DNA of 64,000 nucleotides from Candidatus Versatilivorator sp. (GCA_965204005.1 OZ241970.1:4805109-4869108), one strand, 5' to 3'; positions 30,762 through 39,964 are shown, counted from the stretch's first letter. Numbers and translations: made by a program. Notes: generated from the letters alone by a model not told the origin.

Positions 30762-32861
30762 CAGGGCCATCCCACGCTAACAAAGCATGACAAGGAATTG
30801 CAGCAGTGACCGGGGGTTTGGAGATTTTACTGGCTTTTTTACTCCCGAAGGGGCATGCTTGGGTTGGGGAGCGAACCAATGGACTTGCCAACGATCTTCC
30901 AGGCCCCCCCGGAAGGGTATTGCTTGAAAGAAGTGGAGGTGCGTCTTGCCGGCCCCGAGGAGCGGGTGCGATGGGACCAGACGGTGGATCGGCACCACTA
31001 TCTGGGCTTCAAGCGGTTTGCGGGACGGGGTCTGCGCTACATTGTCGAGTGGCGGGGGCAGTGGCTTGCGCTCGCCGGCTGGCAGTCGGGGGCGTTCAAG
31101 AGCCGGCATCGGGACCGCTGGGTCGGCTGGAAGCGGGAGTTGCGCTACCGGCGGCTGCACCTGATCGGGAACAACACCCGCTTTGTCATCTTGAGTCGGC
31201 CGGGGGTGTTTCCTCATCTTGCCTCCCGTGCGCTGGCCGCGATGACGCGGCGACTGAGTCGGGACTGGCAGACGGCCTACGGACACCCGGTGCTGATTGG
31301 GGAGAGTTTCGTCGACCCGGCCCACTTCCAGGGGACGCTCTACCGGGCGGCGAACTGGCGCTATCTCGGCAACACCCGGGGGTTTGCGCGGCACAACGGC
31401 CGCTATACCGACCCGCACGGCAAACCGAAGCGGCTCTACGTCTATCCGCTGCAGCGCAACGCGCGGCGGCGTCTGCGCGACCCCGGTCCGCTGCCAGCGG
31501 CCTGGGAGCCAAAGGGGCATAGCGAGCGGGCGCCGAGCGAGTTGCGCTCGCTCTATGAGGAACTGGGGAGGGTCCAGGACTTCCGCCGCGCCCAGGGGCG
31601 CAAGCACCCGGTCGCCTCGGTGCTCGCGGTCTACCTGCTCGCGTCGCTCGCAAACCTGCGCGGTCCGGTCGCCGCTGCCGAGTATGCGAGCAAGCTCACC
31701 CAGAGGGAGTTGCAGGCGATCGGCGCCTGGAGGAACCCGAAGACCGGCCGCTGGGTGCCGGTCTCGAAGTCCACCCTGCACCGGGTCATCGCCTCGGTCG
31801 ACCCCGCCGAGATCGAGGCCGTGCTGCAGCGGTTCTCCCTGCCGAGACTGGAGTTGGGCCGTGCCGTCGCACTCGACGGCAAGCGCATCCGGGGCGCGAA
31901 CCGCAACGGAACCCAGCATTACGAGACCGCAACCCTGGTGGAGCACTCCACCCACCGGCCGGTCGCGATCCATGGCTACCAGGAGCAGGGCGGCGAGACC
32001 GCCGCTGTGCGCGCCCTGCTGGAACAGGTCCCCATCCGGGGGCGCCTTCTCACCATCGACGCGCTGTTTACGACTCGCGAGATCGCACGCCTGCTGGTCG
32101 AGGCCCACGGCGCCGACTACCTGATGAGCGTCAAGAAGAACGCCTCCGAGACCCACCATCTCCTCAGCACCATCTGCTGGGACCGGGACGCGACCGGTGG
32201 CTTCCGCGAGGCACTCGACAAGGGCCACGGGCGTATCCAACAGCGGTCGATCCAGGTCCTGACCCCTCCCCGCCACCTCCTCAACTACCCCCATGTCTCC
32301 CAGGTCTTCCGCATCACTCGCAAACGTACCGATGCCAGGCATCACGGAACCGGCAGCACCTCGACCGAAACCGCCTACGGGTTCACCTCGGTCCCCGCCT
32401 CCCGTGCGACCCCGCAGCAACTGCTCGCCTGGAACCGCGGCCACTGGTCGGTCGAAGTCAACCATCACATCCGCGACACCACCTTCGCCGAAGACGCCTG
32501 CCTCGCCCGCACCCGCTTCGCCCCCCAAAACAACGCGACCTGCACCAATCTCGCCCTCGCCCTCATCCTTCACCGCACCCGCTTCGACAGCATCGCCTCG
32601 GCGACCCGTCACTTTGCGCTCCAACGCTCCGACGCCTTCCAGGCCCTGCTGTCTCCCTGAACGCCGATCCGACCCCTTCCAGACTCGCAGCCACCCCCAG
32701 TCTGTCTCCACCGCCCCAAATCCCTGCCATCCCATGTCTGAAAGGGCCTTTCCACCCTGTCGAGACGGGTCCCTTCCCCTGCCCCCTTCATCCCCACCCG
32801 TCCCCACCCCATTGATCCTGCCCTCGGTCCACCGTGTACGCAGAGCGTGAGATCACCCTGG
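30762..32861 (+). mobile_element. ISAs1-like insertion sequence (2100 bp) with a 10-bp target-site duplication
   Basis: The IRs are CAGGGCCATCCCACGCT (30762-30778) and the complement of AGCGTGAGATCACCCTG (32845-32861), matching 14/17. GCCTGAACTG flanks the element at 30752-30761 and 32862-32871. The left copy contains the IS110 transposase stop codon. Confidence 0.75.
30855..32660 (+). CDS. ISAs1-family DDE transposase with an N-terminal DUF4338-like domain
   Basis: The N-terminus reads HHYLGFKRFAGRGLRYIVEWRGQWLALAGW...NNTRFVIL (DUF4338-like). The middle reads DFRRAQGRKHPVASVLAVYLLASL (DDE_Tnp_1_assoc-like). The C-terminus reads ALDGKRIRG...LTIDALFT...HWSVEVNHHIRDTTFAEDA (ISAs1 DDE). Confidence 0.8.
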   Translation: MLGLGSEPMDLPTIFQAPPEGYCLKEVEVRLAGPEERVRWDQTVDRHHYLGFKRFAGRGLRYIVEWRGQWLALAGWQSGAFKSRHRDRWVGWKRELRYRRLHLIGNNTRFVILSRPGVFPHLASRALAAMTRRLSRDWQTAYGHPVLIGESFVDPAHFQGTLYRAANWRYLGNTRGFARHNGRYTDPHGKPKRLYVYPLQRNARRRLRDPGPLPAAWEPKGHSERAPSELRSLYEELGRVQDFRRAQGRKHPVASVLAVYLLASLANLRGPVAAAEYASKLTQRELQAIGAWRNPKTGRWVPVSKSTLHRVIASVDPAEIEAVLQRFSLPRLELGRAVALDGKRIRGANRNGTQHYETATLVEHSTHRPVAIHGYQEQGGETAAVRALLEQVPIRGRLLTIDALFTTREIARLLVEAHGADYLMSVKKNASETHHLLSTICWDRDATGGFREALDKGHGRIQQRSIQVLTPPRHLLNYPHVSQVFRITRKRTDARHHGTGSTSTETAYGFTSVPASRATPQQLLAWNRGHWSVEVNHHIRDTTFAEDACLARTRFAPQNNATCTNLALALILHRTRFDSIASATRHFALQRSDAFQALLSP

Positions 32862-32878
32862 CCTGAACTGCAGGGGTT

Positions 32879-32937
32879 GTTTCAGGCAAGTTCCGCCCCC
32901 GCCCCCGACGACGGGGCGGATCATTCGAGGATGAATC
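32879..32937 (+). repeat. REP-like nested palindrome, family R1, copy 4 (3' arm degenerate)
   Basis: gtttcaggcaagttccgcccccgcccccgacgacggggcggatcattcgaggatgaatc. Confidence 0.75.
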
Positions 32938-33105
32938 AGGGACCTGGATGGTGTATCGGGAGCAGGGATGAGTTCCGGTTCGCCTCGGCGTCATTCTTCG
33001 TGTCCCTTCGTGGATTTCTTTTTTGGCCTTTGTGAATAACGCAGCCCTTTTCAAAATTCGGAAGCGCGCATCTCCATTGCCCGGCCAATGGGGTAAACGA
33101 CTCAA

Positions 33106-33175
33106 CCACAAAAAGCACAAAAGGCACAAAAAAAGGCTCCAGTCTTACCCAGTCCCGTTTTTATGCCTTTTGTGG
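33106..33175. repeat. Hairpin whose arms are CACAAAAG tandem units
   Basis: The left arm is ccacaaaaagcacaaaaggcacaaaaaaagg. cacaaaaggc (33116-33125) is complementary to gccttttgtg (33165-33174). Confidence 0.6.
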
Positions 33176-33281
33176 CCATTCAGACACAGAGCGGGCTTGC
33201 CCCTCGAACTGCCTATCCCCTTTCCCGACCCACTAAGCCGTTGACTGCGGAATATTGCAAAAGGCTCAGCGAAGTGTATTG

Positions 33282-33311
33282 GTGTTCATTCGTGTCCATT
33301 CGTGGTTCGCC
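33282..33311 (+). repeat. ATTCGTG 10-bp periodic run
   Basis: gtgttcattcgtgtccattcgtggttcgcc is identical to 51441-51470. Confidence 0.75.
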
Positions 33312-33353
33312 GTTGTCCTTGGCATCCCGTCACGGTTAACCTCAACGCCTTAG

Positions 33354-33417
33354 TGGCCCTTCGTCGTTCTTCGTGTGTCTTCGTGGATAACTCTTTTTTT
33401 CTGTTGTTCCAGACAAG
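33354..33417 (+). repeat. Second copy of the CTTCGTG-run/GGATAACTCTTTTTT module plus GTTCCAGACAAG
   Basis: tggcccttcgtcgttcttcgtgtgtcttcgtggataactctttttttctgttgttccagacaag. It ends 6 nt before the M23 peptidase stop codon. Confidence 0.75.
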
Positions 33418-33423
33418 TCCCCT

Positions 33424-34866
33424 TCAAGACCCGTCAGACGAGTCTACCCCGGCCTGGTGCTCCCGGATTCTATCCAGGACGCGCTCCCGAATCCACTTGG
33501 GGTCCCACCACTCGGTGGGGTTGACGGGGATTCCGTGCAGGAAGAGCCCGAAATGAAGATGGTCGCCGGCCGCCAGGCCGGTGGCGCCGCTACGGCCCAG
33601 CACCTGGCCCTTGCCGACCCGGTCGCCGGCCGCTACGGAGATGGAGCTGAGGTGTCCATAGAGGGATAACAGCCCGCAGCCGTGGTCCAGCAGGATGGTG
33701 TTCCCATAGATGCCCAGCAGGTCGGCGTAGCGCACCACGCCGTCGTTGGAGGCTTCGATGGGGTAGTGCTTCACGACCGACAGGTCAAAACCGACGTGGT
33801 CCTGGCGGTCGATCTCCCGGCCCTCATAGAGGTAGGTGCGGTGATCGGCGAAGAGGGACTCCACCTTGGATCGGCTGAGCTGGGCGAAGGCCTCGGTCCA
33901 TAGAAACCGCGGCTCGGACCGGCTGGACAACTGCTTGATCTTCTCGTGGTTGGCCTGCCGCAGCCCGTCGTTGATCTGGAGGAAGTCTTTCACCAGGTCG
34001 CCCTGGCTGGAGAGCTGAGGATTTTCGTTGAGGATCGCCGGAACCACCTGTTGCAGGAAGGCCGGACTGAGCCGGATGGTGCGCTGCCGGAACTTTCTGG
34101 GAAAGAGCTTGTACTGAAAGCGGGCCTCCGACCGGTTCCCGGCCGCGTCCACGGCCACCAGCTTCATTTCCGGATCGGGTCCCAGGTTGTAGCGATAGCC
34201 GAAAACGCAGAAACGGACCTGCTTGTCGCCGTCGGGATCGGCCGCGTATCCCGGAAAGAAGTCGGGACCCACCTGGACTCCCGAGACCTCGGTGTCTTCT
34301 CCCACCCGGTAGAGAACGCAGGCCGAGCCGCCTTGGGTGATGTAGTGCTGCGCCGACAGCGCCTGGAGGGTGGGGGGGCGGATGTCGAAGCTGAAATCCC
34401 GTTGCAACCGAGTCCGGTTCCCGCCGAAGAACCGGCGATAGGAGTGGTCGCGGGCGCTGATCGACAGCCGCGCGGGGCCTTCCCGGATCTGGTGGCTGGC
34501 CGCCATCATCTCGCCCAGGTCGAAGCGGGCCGAAGATTGAGCGCCGCTCCGCTGGAAGAAGAGCAGCCACGGCCCCGGGTAGCTCCGGTCGATCAGAGGG
34601 AACATCCGGTCCTCTACCTCGAGCACCGCCGAAAGCTGCTTCAACCCGGACTGGGCATCCTCGACCTCGATCACCAGAGAGGGGTTCTTGCCCAGGGCGG
34701 TAAAGTCGCGGTCCAGGCTCACGGCGGGCGGCTGCCCCTCCCAGCGGCCCAGCCAAAGCGAGAGCAGGCACCAGAGGAGGAAGGCTCCCAGCGGCAGGGC
34801 CCACAAGATCAGTGGCGGTAAGCGATTGGGGAGAGCCGGCTTACGGTAGGGTATGAATGGTTTCAC
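33424..34866 (-). CDS. M23 family (LytM-type) metallopeptidase with an N-terminal membrane anchor
   Basis: The C-terminus HVGFDLS...GNTILLDHGCGLLSLYGHLSSISVAAGDRVGKGQVLGRSGATGLAAGDHLHFGLFLHG matches the HxxxD and HxH motifs of M23. One TM helix sits at the N-terminus. Confidence 0.88.
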   Translation of the reverse strand: MKPFIPYRKPALPNRLPPLILWALPLGAFLLWCLLSLWLGRWEGQPPAVSLDRDFTALGKNPSLVIEVEDAQSGLKQLSAVLEVEDRMFPLIDRSYPGPWLLFFQRSGAQSSARFDLGEMMAASHQIREGPARLSISARDHSYRRFFGGNRTRLQRDFSFDIRPPTLQALSAQHYITQGGSACVLYRVGEDTEVSGVQVGPDFFPGYAADPDGDKQVRFCVFGYRYNLGPDPEMKLVAVDAAGNRSEARFQYKLFPRKFRQRTIRLSPAFLQQVVPAILNENPQLSSQGDLVKDFLQINDGLRQANHEKIKQLSSRSEPRFLWTEAFAQLSRSKVESLFADHRTYLYEGREIDRQDHVGFDLSVVKHYPIEASNDGVVRYADLLGIYGNTILLDHGCGLLSLYGHLSSISVAAGDRVGKGQVLGRSGATGLAAGDHLHFGLFLHGIPVNPTEWWDPKWIRERVLDRIREHQAGVDSSDGS

Positions 34867-34946
34867 GTTTTTTGCCGTCCGGTCCCGAATTCCCCCGGAT
34901 TATAGCTCGGTCCGGAGGAGGGAGAAAGAGGTGGCTCCCCACTCCC

Positions 34947-35648
34947 TCACAGCAGGCGGTGCTCGGCGAAGCTGAAGCAGTCGTTGCCGCCGATGACGAT
35001 GTGGTCCAGCAGGGAGATGTCCATCAGGCCGCAGGCCCGCTGCAGCTCCCGGGTCACCTGGCGGTCGTCCGGGCTGGGGGAAGGGTTGCCCGAGGGATGG
35101 TTGTGGACGGCCACCATGGCGGCGGCATTCAACTGCAGGGCCCTCCTGACGATTTCCCTCGGAAACACGGTGGCGCTGTTGAGGGTGCCCTGAAACATCT
35201 CCTCCACCGCCAGGACGTGATGCCTGGTATCCAGAAAGACCACGGCGAAGGTCTCCCGGTCCCGATCCCGGAACCTGCCGCAGAGCAGCCGCTGGACGTC
35301 CCGGGAGTGTCCGATGAACGGTCCCCGCTGCATTTCCTCGGCCATGTAGCGCACGGTCACGGCCGCCAGCGCCTTCAGGGTCGCCACCTTGGCCTCCCCC
35401 AGCCCCTTGATGCCGCCCAGCTCCTGCTGGCTGGCCTTCAGCAGGCCGCGAAACCCGCCGAAGTTCTGGAGGAGTTGGCGGGAAAGGTCGAGCACACTGG
35501 TCCCCTTGATTCCCACCCGCAGGAAGATGGCCAGCAGTTCCGCGTCGCTGAGGGCATCGGCGCCGCGGGTCAGGAGACGTTGGCGGGGCTGCTCCGACTT
35601 CGGCCAGCCGCTGACCCATTTTTCGGAGACACGTCGCTTGGAAGCCAC
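34947..35648 (-). CDS. radC: RadC-like JAB-domain protein
   Basis: LSDAELLAIFLRVGIKGTSVLDLSRQLL, the HhH region, and the JAMM motif AVHNHPSGNPSPSPDD. Confidence 0.9.
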   Translation of the reverse strand: MASKRRVSEKWVSGWPKSEQPRQRLLTRGADALSDAELLAIFLRVGIKGTSVLDLSRQLLQNFGGFRGLLKASQQELGGIKGLGEAKVATLKALAAVTVRYMAEEMQRGPFIGHSRDVQRLLCGRFRDRDRETFAVVFLDTRHHVLAVEEMFQGTLNSATVFPREIVRRALQLNAAAMVAVHNHPSGNPSPSPDDRQVTRELQRACGLMDISLLDHIVIGGNDCFSFAEHRLL

Positions 35649-35830
35649 GGTTGGGGTAGGGTTCCAACGGATTCAAAGCGGGACCGTACAAGGCGCAACA
35701 GCACGGCCGCTCTGAATGCATCGATGGACTTTGGATCGGGGAGAAGGTTTAAGGGAGGGAGAGCAATCGGACAGGTATTCTACCCCGGTTGACCTCGCCG
35801 CTCAACAGGAACGGCGTGAAAACCCGCCGA

Positions 35831-36385
35831 TTACAGTCCCAGCCGGGCTGCAATGCCGCTCATGGCCTGAATGCAGAAGGCGATGTGCTCGTTCAGCTCC
35901 ACCTCCAGGTCGGCCGCGCCGGTGAGGATGTCCTCCCGGCTCACCGATCGGGCAAAGGCCTTGTCCTTCAGCTTCTTCCTGACCGATTTCGGCCGGAGCC
36001 CCTCGATCTTGCGGTCCGGGCGCACCAGGGTCACCGCCGTGATGAAGCCGGAGAGTTCGTCGCAGGCGAACAGCACCTTGTCCACCAGGTGGTTCCGGGG
36101 GCAGCCGGTCCAGTGAGCATGGGACTTGATGGCGTAGATCACGTCCTCCGGATAACCCCGCTGCTTCAGGATCCGGGCGCCCTTTTCGGGGTGGTCGGGA
36201 GGGTTGGGGAATCTCTGGTAATCGAAGTCGTGCAACAGGCCCACGATGCCCCATTTCTCCACGTCCTCGCCGTACTTGCCGGCATAGGCCCGCATGCAGG
36301 CCTCCACGGCCAGGGCGTGCTTGATGAGGCTGGGGTTGGTGGTGTACTCCGCCAGCAGCTCGAAGGCGGATTGCCGCTCCAGCAT
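35831..36385 (-). CDS. HD/HDIG-domain phosphohydrolase
   Basis: Start moved to the ATG at 36385 (MLERQSAFELL...). It has H...LLHDFDY (the HD motif) and a downstream histidine-rich segment KSHAHW. Confidence 0.8.
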   Translation of the reverse strand: MLERQSAFELLAEYTTNPSLIKHALAVEACMRAYAGKYGEDVEKWGIVGLLHDFDYQRFPNPPDHPEKGARILKQRGYPEDVIYAIKSHAHWTGCPRNHLVDKVLFACDELSGFITAVTLVRPDRKIEGLRPKSVRKKLKDKAFARSVSREDILTGAADLEVELNEHIAFCIQAMSGIAARLGL

Positions 36386-36455
36386 ATGACCTCTCTTTCC
36401 AATGAAACCGTCGTGGTCCACAGGGGCTCTCCGCGGCCGGCGGCCGAGGAAGCCT

Positions 36456-39086
36456 TCAGGTTTCCATCCAGTTCCGGCCGACCGCCACGTCCGCCACCAG
36501 GGGGACCGAGAGCGAATGGACCGACTCCATTTTCTCCTTGACCAGAGCCTGCAGGGCCTCCAACTCCTCATCGGGGACTTCGAATACCAGCTCGTCGTGG
36601 ACTTGCAGCAACATCCTGGAGTGGAGCTTTCGTTCGCGCATCTCTCGGTGGATGCGGATCATGGCCAGCTTGATCAGGTCGGCGGCGGTGCCCTGAATGG
36701 GTGAATTGACGGCCGTCCTCTCGGCAAACTGGCGCAGGCCGGGATTGCGGCTGTTGATGTCCGGGATCTGCCGCAGCCTTCCGAAGAGAGTGCGTGTCGT
36801 CCGGCTTTGGCGAGTGTCCCGGATGGTCTGATCGATGAACTGCTTGACGCCCCGATACCGTTCGAAGTAGCGCTGGATGAATTCCTGGGCGTCGCGGTGG
36901 GAGATCTGCAGCTCCCTGGCCAGGCCAAAGGCCGTCTGGCCGTAGATGATTCCGAAGTTGATGGCCTTGGCGCGCCGGCGCATCTCGCCGGTCTGGAGCA
37001 GGGGGTCGATGCCGAACACCTCGCTGGCGGTCCGGGTGTGGATGTCCTCGTTCTTGCGGAAGGCATCGAGCAGCACCGGGTCCTCGGAAAGATGGGCCAG
37101 GATCCTCAGCTCGATTTGCGAATAGTCGGCCGACAGCAACCGGCAGCCCTGGCCGGCCACGAAAGCCGATCGGATCTGTGCGCCGAGCTCGGAGCGGATG
37201 GGGATGTTCTGCAGGTTGGGGTCGCTGCAGGACAGCCGGCCGGTGGCGGCCACCGTCTGGTGGAAGGAGGGATGAACTCGCCGGGTCCGAGGATCCACCA
37301 GGCGGGGAAGCGCGTCCAGGTATCCGGACTTGAGCTTGGCGATCCGGCGGTACTCCAGCATCAGGCGGGGCACCTCGTAGTCCTTGGCCAGGTGTTCCAG
37401 CACCTCCACCGAGGTGGAATACTGGCCGGATTTCTTGAGTCTTCGAGGCGTGGGCAGGTTGAGCCTGTCAAAGAGAACCTCTCCGAGCTGCTTGGGCGAA
37501 TTGAGGTTGAACTCGGTCCCGGCCACCTCGTAGATCCTCTGGGTCAGGGAGTCGGCGGTCCGCTCGAATTCCTCCGACATCTTCCGGAGTGCGGCGGCGT
37601 CGACCTGAATCCCGTTCCACTCCAGCTCTGCCAGCACCTCGACCAGGGGCAGGTCGATCTGCCGGTAAGCCTGCTCCAGCCCCGAGGATTCCAGTTGGGG
37701 ACTCAACTGCCCAAAGAGCCGTTCAACGGTGGCGCAGCGGCCCCCGGCGTCCGGCGGCGCCTCTTCCCCCAGCAGGGCGAAGGAGATTTCGCTCAAGCCA
37801 TGGTTGCTCCGATTGGGCTGCAGCAGGTAGGAGATGAGCATGGCGTCTCCCTGCAGACCCTTCAGCTCCAGGCCGAGATGCCTGGATACCAGGTGGGCCG
37901 GCTTGGCATCGTAGAAGACCTTGCCGATTTCCGGATCTTCCCAGAATATCCTGAGGTCCTTCAGGCCCGGGGCGGCTCCATCTTCCAGGTCGAGGGTCCA
38001 ACCGGATTTCCCGGCCATCACCGCCAGGCTGCGGGGACGGCGGCACAGCGAATCCTCCGGGTCGGTTTCCAGCCAGCAGGTGCAGGAAGTGGACGAGCGC
38101 GCCTGCTCCAGCAAAGTCCGAAGCTGGCGAGGGGAGGCCAGTCGCTGAAATTCCACCGGCTCGGCCCGGGCCGGCGACGCGCCCCCCTCCACTTCCTTCA
38201 GCATGGTTTGAAAGCCGAGTTGGGTCAGCAGGGGCCGGAGTCGGTCCGGGTCGGGTTCCCGAACCTGCAGGGTTTCCCAACTGAAGTCGATGGGCACCGC
38301 GGTATCGATGGTGACCAGCTCCTTGCTCTGCACGATCTGCTCCCGGTGGTTCTGCAGGGACTCGCGGTAGGTCTTGCGCGAGACCTGTTCGCTTTGCTCC
38401 AGCAGGGCTTCCAGGCTTCCGAAGCGAAGCACCAGGTTGCGGGCTCCCTTCCCGCCGATGCCCGGGGCGCCCGGGACGTTGTCCACGCTGTCTCCCATGA
38501 GCCCCAGCACGTCCACCACCCGTTCGGGGGCGACCCCGAAGAACTCCTCCACCTTGGAGGCGTCGAAGAGCGTGTCGGTCTTGGATTGGTGAAGCACCCG
38601 GGTCCTGTCATTCACCAGTTGGAACATGTCCTTGTCGTTGGAGACGATGGTGGTTTCCCAGCGATTCTCGCCGGCCTTCCTGGCCAGGGTTCCGATGATA
38701 TCGTCGGCTTCGAAGCGGTCCTTCTGCAGGATGGGGATCCGCATGGCCCGGCAGAACTCCCGAATCACCGGGAGCTGGGAGGCCAGGTCTTCAGGCATCC
38801 GGGGACGATTGGCCTTGTACTGCTCGAAGGCCTCATGCCTGAAGGTCGGTTGGTCGGTGTCGAAGATGACGGCCAGGTAGTCGGGCCGGTGCTGCCGGAT
38901 CAGCTTGCGCAGCATGGCCGCAAATCCATAGACGGCGTTGGTGGGATGCCCCTGGCTGTCGGTCAGGCCGCGGATGGCATAGTAGGCCCGAAAGATGTGG
39001 GACATGCCGTCCACCAGAAACAAGCGCCGGGCCGGGGTTGGGGCAGGGGACGGAGAGGGGGTAGCCACCGTTGGATCTTCCTCCAA
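36456..39086 (-). CDS. polA: DNA polymerase I
   Basis: 876 aa. The 5'-3' exonuclease N-terminus reads LFLVDGMSHIFRAYYA. The polymerase motifs are LLSADYSQIELRILAH, RRRAKAINFGIIYG and LLQVHDELVFE. Confidence 0.97.
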   Translation of the reverse strand: MEEDPTVATPSPSPAPTPARRLFLVDGMSHIFRAYYAIRGLTDSQGHPTNAVYGFAAMLRKLIRQHRPDYLAVIFDTDQPTFRHEAFEQYKANRPRMPEDLASQLPVIREFCRAMRIPILQKDRFEADDIIGTLARKAGENRWETTIVSNDKDMFQLVNDRTRVLHQSKTDTLFDASKVEEFFGVAPERVVDVLGLMGDSVDNVPGAPGIGGKGARNLVLRFGSLEALLEQSEQVSRKTYRESLQNHREQIVQSKELVTIDTAVPIDFSWETLQVREPDPDRLRPLLTQLGFQTMLKEVEGGASPARAEPVEFQRLASPRQLRTLLEQARSSTSCTCWLETDPEDSLCRRPRSLAVMAGKSGWTLDLEDGAAPGLKDLRIFWEDPEIGKVFYDAKPAHLVSRHLGLELKGLQGDAMLISYLLQPNRSNHGLSEISFALLGEEAPPDAGGRCATVERLFGQLSPQLESSGLEQAYRQIDLPLVEVLAELEWNGIQVDAAALRKMSEEFERTADSLTQRIYEVAGTEFNLNSPKQLGEVLFDRLNLPTPRRLKKSGQYSTSVEVLEHLAKDYEVPRLMLEYRRIAKLKSGYLDALPRLVDPRTRRVHPSFHQTVAATGRLSCSDPNLQNIPIRSELGAQIRSAFVAGQGCRLLSADYSQIELRILAHLSEDPVLLDAFRKNEDIHTRTASEVFGIDPLLQTGEMRRRAKAINFGIIYGQTAFGLARELQISHRDAQEFIQRYFERYRGVKQFIDQTIRDTRQSRTTRTLFGRLRQIPDINSRNPGLRQFAERTAVNSPIQGTAADLIKLAMIRIHREMRERKLHSRMLLQVHDELVFEVPDEELEALQALVKEKMESVHSLSVPLVADVAVGRNWMET

Positions 39087-39093
39087 CCGGCCG

Positions 39094-39441
39094 CTATTCG
39101 GCGAATTTCCGGATGACTTCGGTCACCAGGGCCTTGATGGTTTCCGGGCTCAGGTTTTTCTTGGTGCCCTTGCCGAAGGCCGGCATCTTGATCGTTCCCT
39201 CGCCGGACCCCTTGGTGATGGCCTCGATCAACTGCTCGTCGGTGCGTTCGGCCTGCCAGTCCTTGCTGGTGAAGTCGGGGGTCTTCATGACGGAAAGCCC
39301 CTTGCCGTCGGCCTTGTGGCACATGGCGCATTCCTTCTTGTAAATCCCCGAGACGTCCGGCGGGTCTTCCGCAAATCCCGGTGGGGCGTTCAGCAGCATC
39401 AATCCTAGAATTCCGGCTGGTAATCCGAATCGACCGATCAT
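39094..39441 (-). CDS. Class I c-type cytochrome (monohaem), secreted
   Basis: Signal peptide plus the haem-binding CAMCH motif and a distal Met region (IKMPAFGKG). Confidence 0.8.
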   Translation of the reverse strand: MIGRFGLPAGILGLMLLNAPPGFAEDPPDVSGIYKKECAMCHKADGKGLSVMKTPDFTSKDWQAERTDEQLIEAITKGSGEGTIKMPAFGKGTKKNLSPETIKALVTEVIRKFAE

Positions 39442-39712
39442 CGGGTCCTGTCCTCCTGGGTTGTTTCAAGAAACGGGCTCGCCTCCCTGGTGAATGGCTG
39501 CCATCCGGTCGGGAAGCGGCGGGCGGGATACTGACTCCGCCCGAAATTATAGCCCAACTTCCGGCGAGGGAACCGCCAAAGGGGGATATCTCCTGGAAAA
39601 TCCTTTGTCACCAGGGGCGTATTGACCTCGAAATGCCGCAGCCGCGAAGCGGCGAATCAGTGGCGTCGTTCGGGAATGCACCGACGTGTCAAGAGCACGT
39701 TTTCGGCTCCCT

Positions 39713-39768
39713 GTTTCATCCCGTATGATCCGCCCCGTCGTGGGGGCAGGGGCCCGGCTTGCCGGAAC
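39713..39768 (-). repeat. R1 REP-like unit in inverted orientation
   Basis: gtttcatcccgtatgatccgccccgtcgtgggggcaggggcccggcttgccggaac is approximately the reverse complement of the R1 consensus. Confidence 0.7.
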
Positions 39769-39774
39769 ACCCGT

Positions 39775-39962
39775 GTTCCGGACAAGTGGAGAGTGACGAG
39801 TGGATTGTTATTTGATCGACAGGTTAAGCATCTTGTCGGTCTCGGTGTAACCGTTCAAGCGCATCCACGTCACACGGCGCCGGTCTGCTCCCAAAACCCT
39901 CCGCCGACCCCTCCCCACACTTCAAACTTCACACTTCAAACTTCACACTTCAAACTTCACAC
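39775..39962 (+). repeat. Family R3 composite element, copy A: conserved core flanked by short-tandem-repeat runs
   Basis: The order is GTTCCGGACAAG, then GTGGAGAGTGACGAGTGG, then the core GTTATTTGATCGACAGGTTAAGCATCTTGTCGGTCTCGG, and finally 3.3 copies of the 14-bp unit CACACTTCAAACTT (39917-39962). It abuts the GT2 stop codon. Confidence 0.7.
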
Positions 39963-39964
39963 CC

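Larger units (their letters stand above)
29154..32878 (+). mobile_element. IS110-family element (approximate ends) carrying a nested ISAs1-like insertion at its 3' end
   Basis: The transposase CDS at 29363-30757 is preceded by about 209 nt of non-coding left end. The element lies between R1 copy 3 (ends 29153) and R1 copy 4 (starts 32879). No terminal inverted repeats were seen, as expected for IS110. The exact ends are not determined. Confidence 0.6.

Noticed and set aside
29261-32807. Minus-strand ORFs 29261-30793 (510 aa) and 30777-32807 (676 aa) opposite the two transposase genes.
   Set aside because: The transposase motifs (IS110 DEDD-type and ISAs1 DDE-type) are on the plus strand. The minus frames are low-complexity shadows.
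33824-35792. ORFs 33824-34804 (-), 33946-34821 (+), 34857-35792 (+) and 34900-35721 (-), which overlap the M23 peptidase and radC genes.
   Set aside because: These are alternative-frame or antisense shadows. The M23 (HxxxD/HxH) and RadC (JAMM) motifs identify the real frames.
36807-39116. 769-aa plus-strand ORF opposite polA, and the 980-aa minus-strand ORF 41373-44315 opposite uvrA.
   Set aside because: polA and uvrA are unambiguous on the other strand. These are high-GC antisense open frames.
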